A DNA stretch of 64,000 bases from Actinomycetota bacterium. GTDB lineage: Bacteria; Actinomycetota; UBA4738; HRBIN12. Numbering within the stretch: the first letter of the stretch is position 1; each line of letters begins with the position of its first letter. The notes under the pieces were generated by a model that did not search any database, was not told the DNA's origin, and saw only the letters and a program-made list of their open reading frames with translations. The stretch spans positions 96,150 through 160,149 of the forward strand of contig JBBEAY010000017.1 of assembly GCA_040882605.1 (NCBI GenBank). The letters run 5' to 3'. Positions 63,039 through 64,000 of this stretch are shown here, piece by piece. Both the position numbers and the translations under genes were made by a program.

Positions 63039-64000
63039 GTGACTGCCAGCCGCCCGCATGTCGTCATCGAGAACCCGGTCCTGAACTCGCCCTTCGCAGA
63101 GCCCAAGCGTCATTTCGTGTTCGACGAGGAAGGGATCACGAACCAGATCGCGGACTCCCGCCGGGTGTCGTCGTTCTTCATCCCGATCCCGCCGCCGAAG
63201 AAGCGTGGCAAGCAGCTCGCCCTACAGGAGTCATGGACCGCCGAGCGGGTTCGCGAGAACGACTTCATCAACCAGGTGCGCGGTGAGGTCACCGCGTGGC
63301 GCGTGGGCGGCTACACGGGTATCACCCCAACCACACGCGAACTCTTGGACTACTGGCAGGGCGAGGATCGCGAACGTCGACTCTTCTTCTGCCAGATCGA
63401 AGCCGCGGAGACCGCCATCTACCTCACGGAGGTCGCCCCGTCGGCCGGGCGTCAGTGGATCGCCAACACCCTTAAGACTGCGAACGCGAACCACAACCCC
63501 GGGCTCAGCCGCATCGCGATCAAGATGGCGACCGGCGCAGGCAAGACCGTCGTCATGGCCATGCTCATCGCGTGGCAGTCCCTGAACAAGCTCGCCAGCC
63601 CGCAGGACAAGCGGTTCGCCGACGCCTTCCTGCTCATCACGCCGGGCATCACGATCCGCGATCGGCTTCGGGTGTTGCTTCCCAACGACGTCCATAACTT
63701 CTACCGCGAGCTCGACATCGTCGCGCCGGACCAACTCACTCGGCTCGGTCAGGCGAAGATCGAGATCGTGAACTTCCACCAGCTCCAGCGGCGGGAGAAG
63801 CACGAGTTCAAAGGTGTCGCGGCGACGACCAAGAAGATCCTGTCGGACGACCCCGAGCGCTTCAAAGAGTCGCCTGGGGAGATGGTCCGCCGGGTGACCC
63901 GGTCCCTCGGCAACAAGAAGAACGTCATCGTCATCAACGACGAAGCCCATCACTGCTACCGGGGGAAGCCCCCGGAAGAAGGAGGCGAGCGGGAGGAGAA
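63039..64000 (+). CDS. Type III restriction Res-like SF2 helicase/endonuclease subunit, N-terminal 320 aa (continues past window end)
   Basis: Open at the window edge, so absent from the track. My translation from GTG 63039: VTASRPHVVIENPVLNSPFAEPKRHFVFDEEG...IKMATGAGKTVVMAMLIAW (Walker A)...VIVINDEAHHCY (DEAH). Confidence 0.75.
   Translation, partial: MTASRPHVVIENPVLNSPFAEPKRHFVFDEEGITNQIADSRRVSSFFIPIPPPKKRGKQLALQESWTAERVRENDFINQVRGEVTAWRVGGYTGITPTTRELLDYWQGEDRERRLFFCQIEAAETAIYLTEVAPSAGRQWIANTLKTANANHNPGLSRIAIKMATGAGKTVVMAMLIAWQSLNKLASPQDKRFADAFLLITPGITIRDRLRVLLPNDVHNFYRELDIVAPDQLTRLGQAKIEIVNFHQLQRREKHEFKGVAATTKKILSDDPERFKESPGEMVRRVTRSLGNKKNVIVINDEAHHCYRGKPPEEGGEREE

Noticed and set aside
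1-64000. CRISPR arrays, tRNA/rRNA genes, insertion sequences and prophage structural genes.
   Set aside because: Scanning by eye found no regularly spaced short repeats, no tRNA-like acceptor/T-arm signatures (for example GGTTCGAATCC-type) and no transposase or integrase-like ORFs. Absence cannot be proven without tools.

Overview
High-GC (by eye about two-thirds G+C, not computed), gene-dense, actinobacterial-type chromosomal window. I recognised no rRNA, tRNA, CRISPR array, transposase or integrase. All product calls rest on motifs read from the translated ORFs, because no database search was possible. Many ORF-track starts were trimmed to internal ATG/GTG/TTG codons with a Shine-Dalgarno (SD) sequence or a start/stop overlap.

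Positions 1-46 kb look like ordinary metabolism:
- an Lrp-linked Rieske oxygenase plus a dimethylglycine-oxidase-type flavoenzyme
- ribokinase plus nucleoside hydrolase
- a TetR / FAD-oxidoreductase / ADP-forming acyl-CoA synthetase group
- a cyanophycin locus: cyanophycinase, cphA, and a convergent cphA paralogue that lacks the whole ATP-grasp domain
- a GT4 plus GH5-like pair, a DEAD-box helicase, arginine deiminase and a sulfatase
- an RqlH-type RecQ-like helicase behind a stand-alone receiver protein, and an SQR-like flavoprotein
- an operon in which an Asp-rich pentapeptide-repeat mini-protein is start/stop-overlapped with a YcfD/JmjC-type oxygenase and a sucrase-ferredoxin-like protein

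Positions 46-64 kb are an accessory, defence-island-like stretch:
- an XRE plus small nucleotidyltransferase pair
- a 75-bp double-palindrome element present twice, 5.5 kb apart
- a DprA/SLOG-like gene with a PTP-loop phosphatase, next to an ADP-ribosylglycohydrolase remnant
- a DUF4143-type ATPase behind three 23-bp-phased direct repeats, and an MFS transporter fused to a cNMP-binding domain
- an AbiEi/AbiEii pair
- a roughly 1150-aa PD-(D/E)XK + RNaseH-like + SF1-helicase gene broken by one inserted base
- an 0.86-kb direct duplication of that gene's 5' end, with a 353-bp perfectly identical core, bracketing a 3.3-kb cassette (PyrE-like PRTase, unknown ORFs, XRE-ImmA/IrrE protease, PIN-like protein)
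- the start of a type III Res-like helicase at the window edge

At least seven genes are frame-broken or truncated. This is either real decay or assembly indels.
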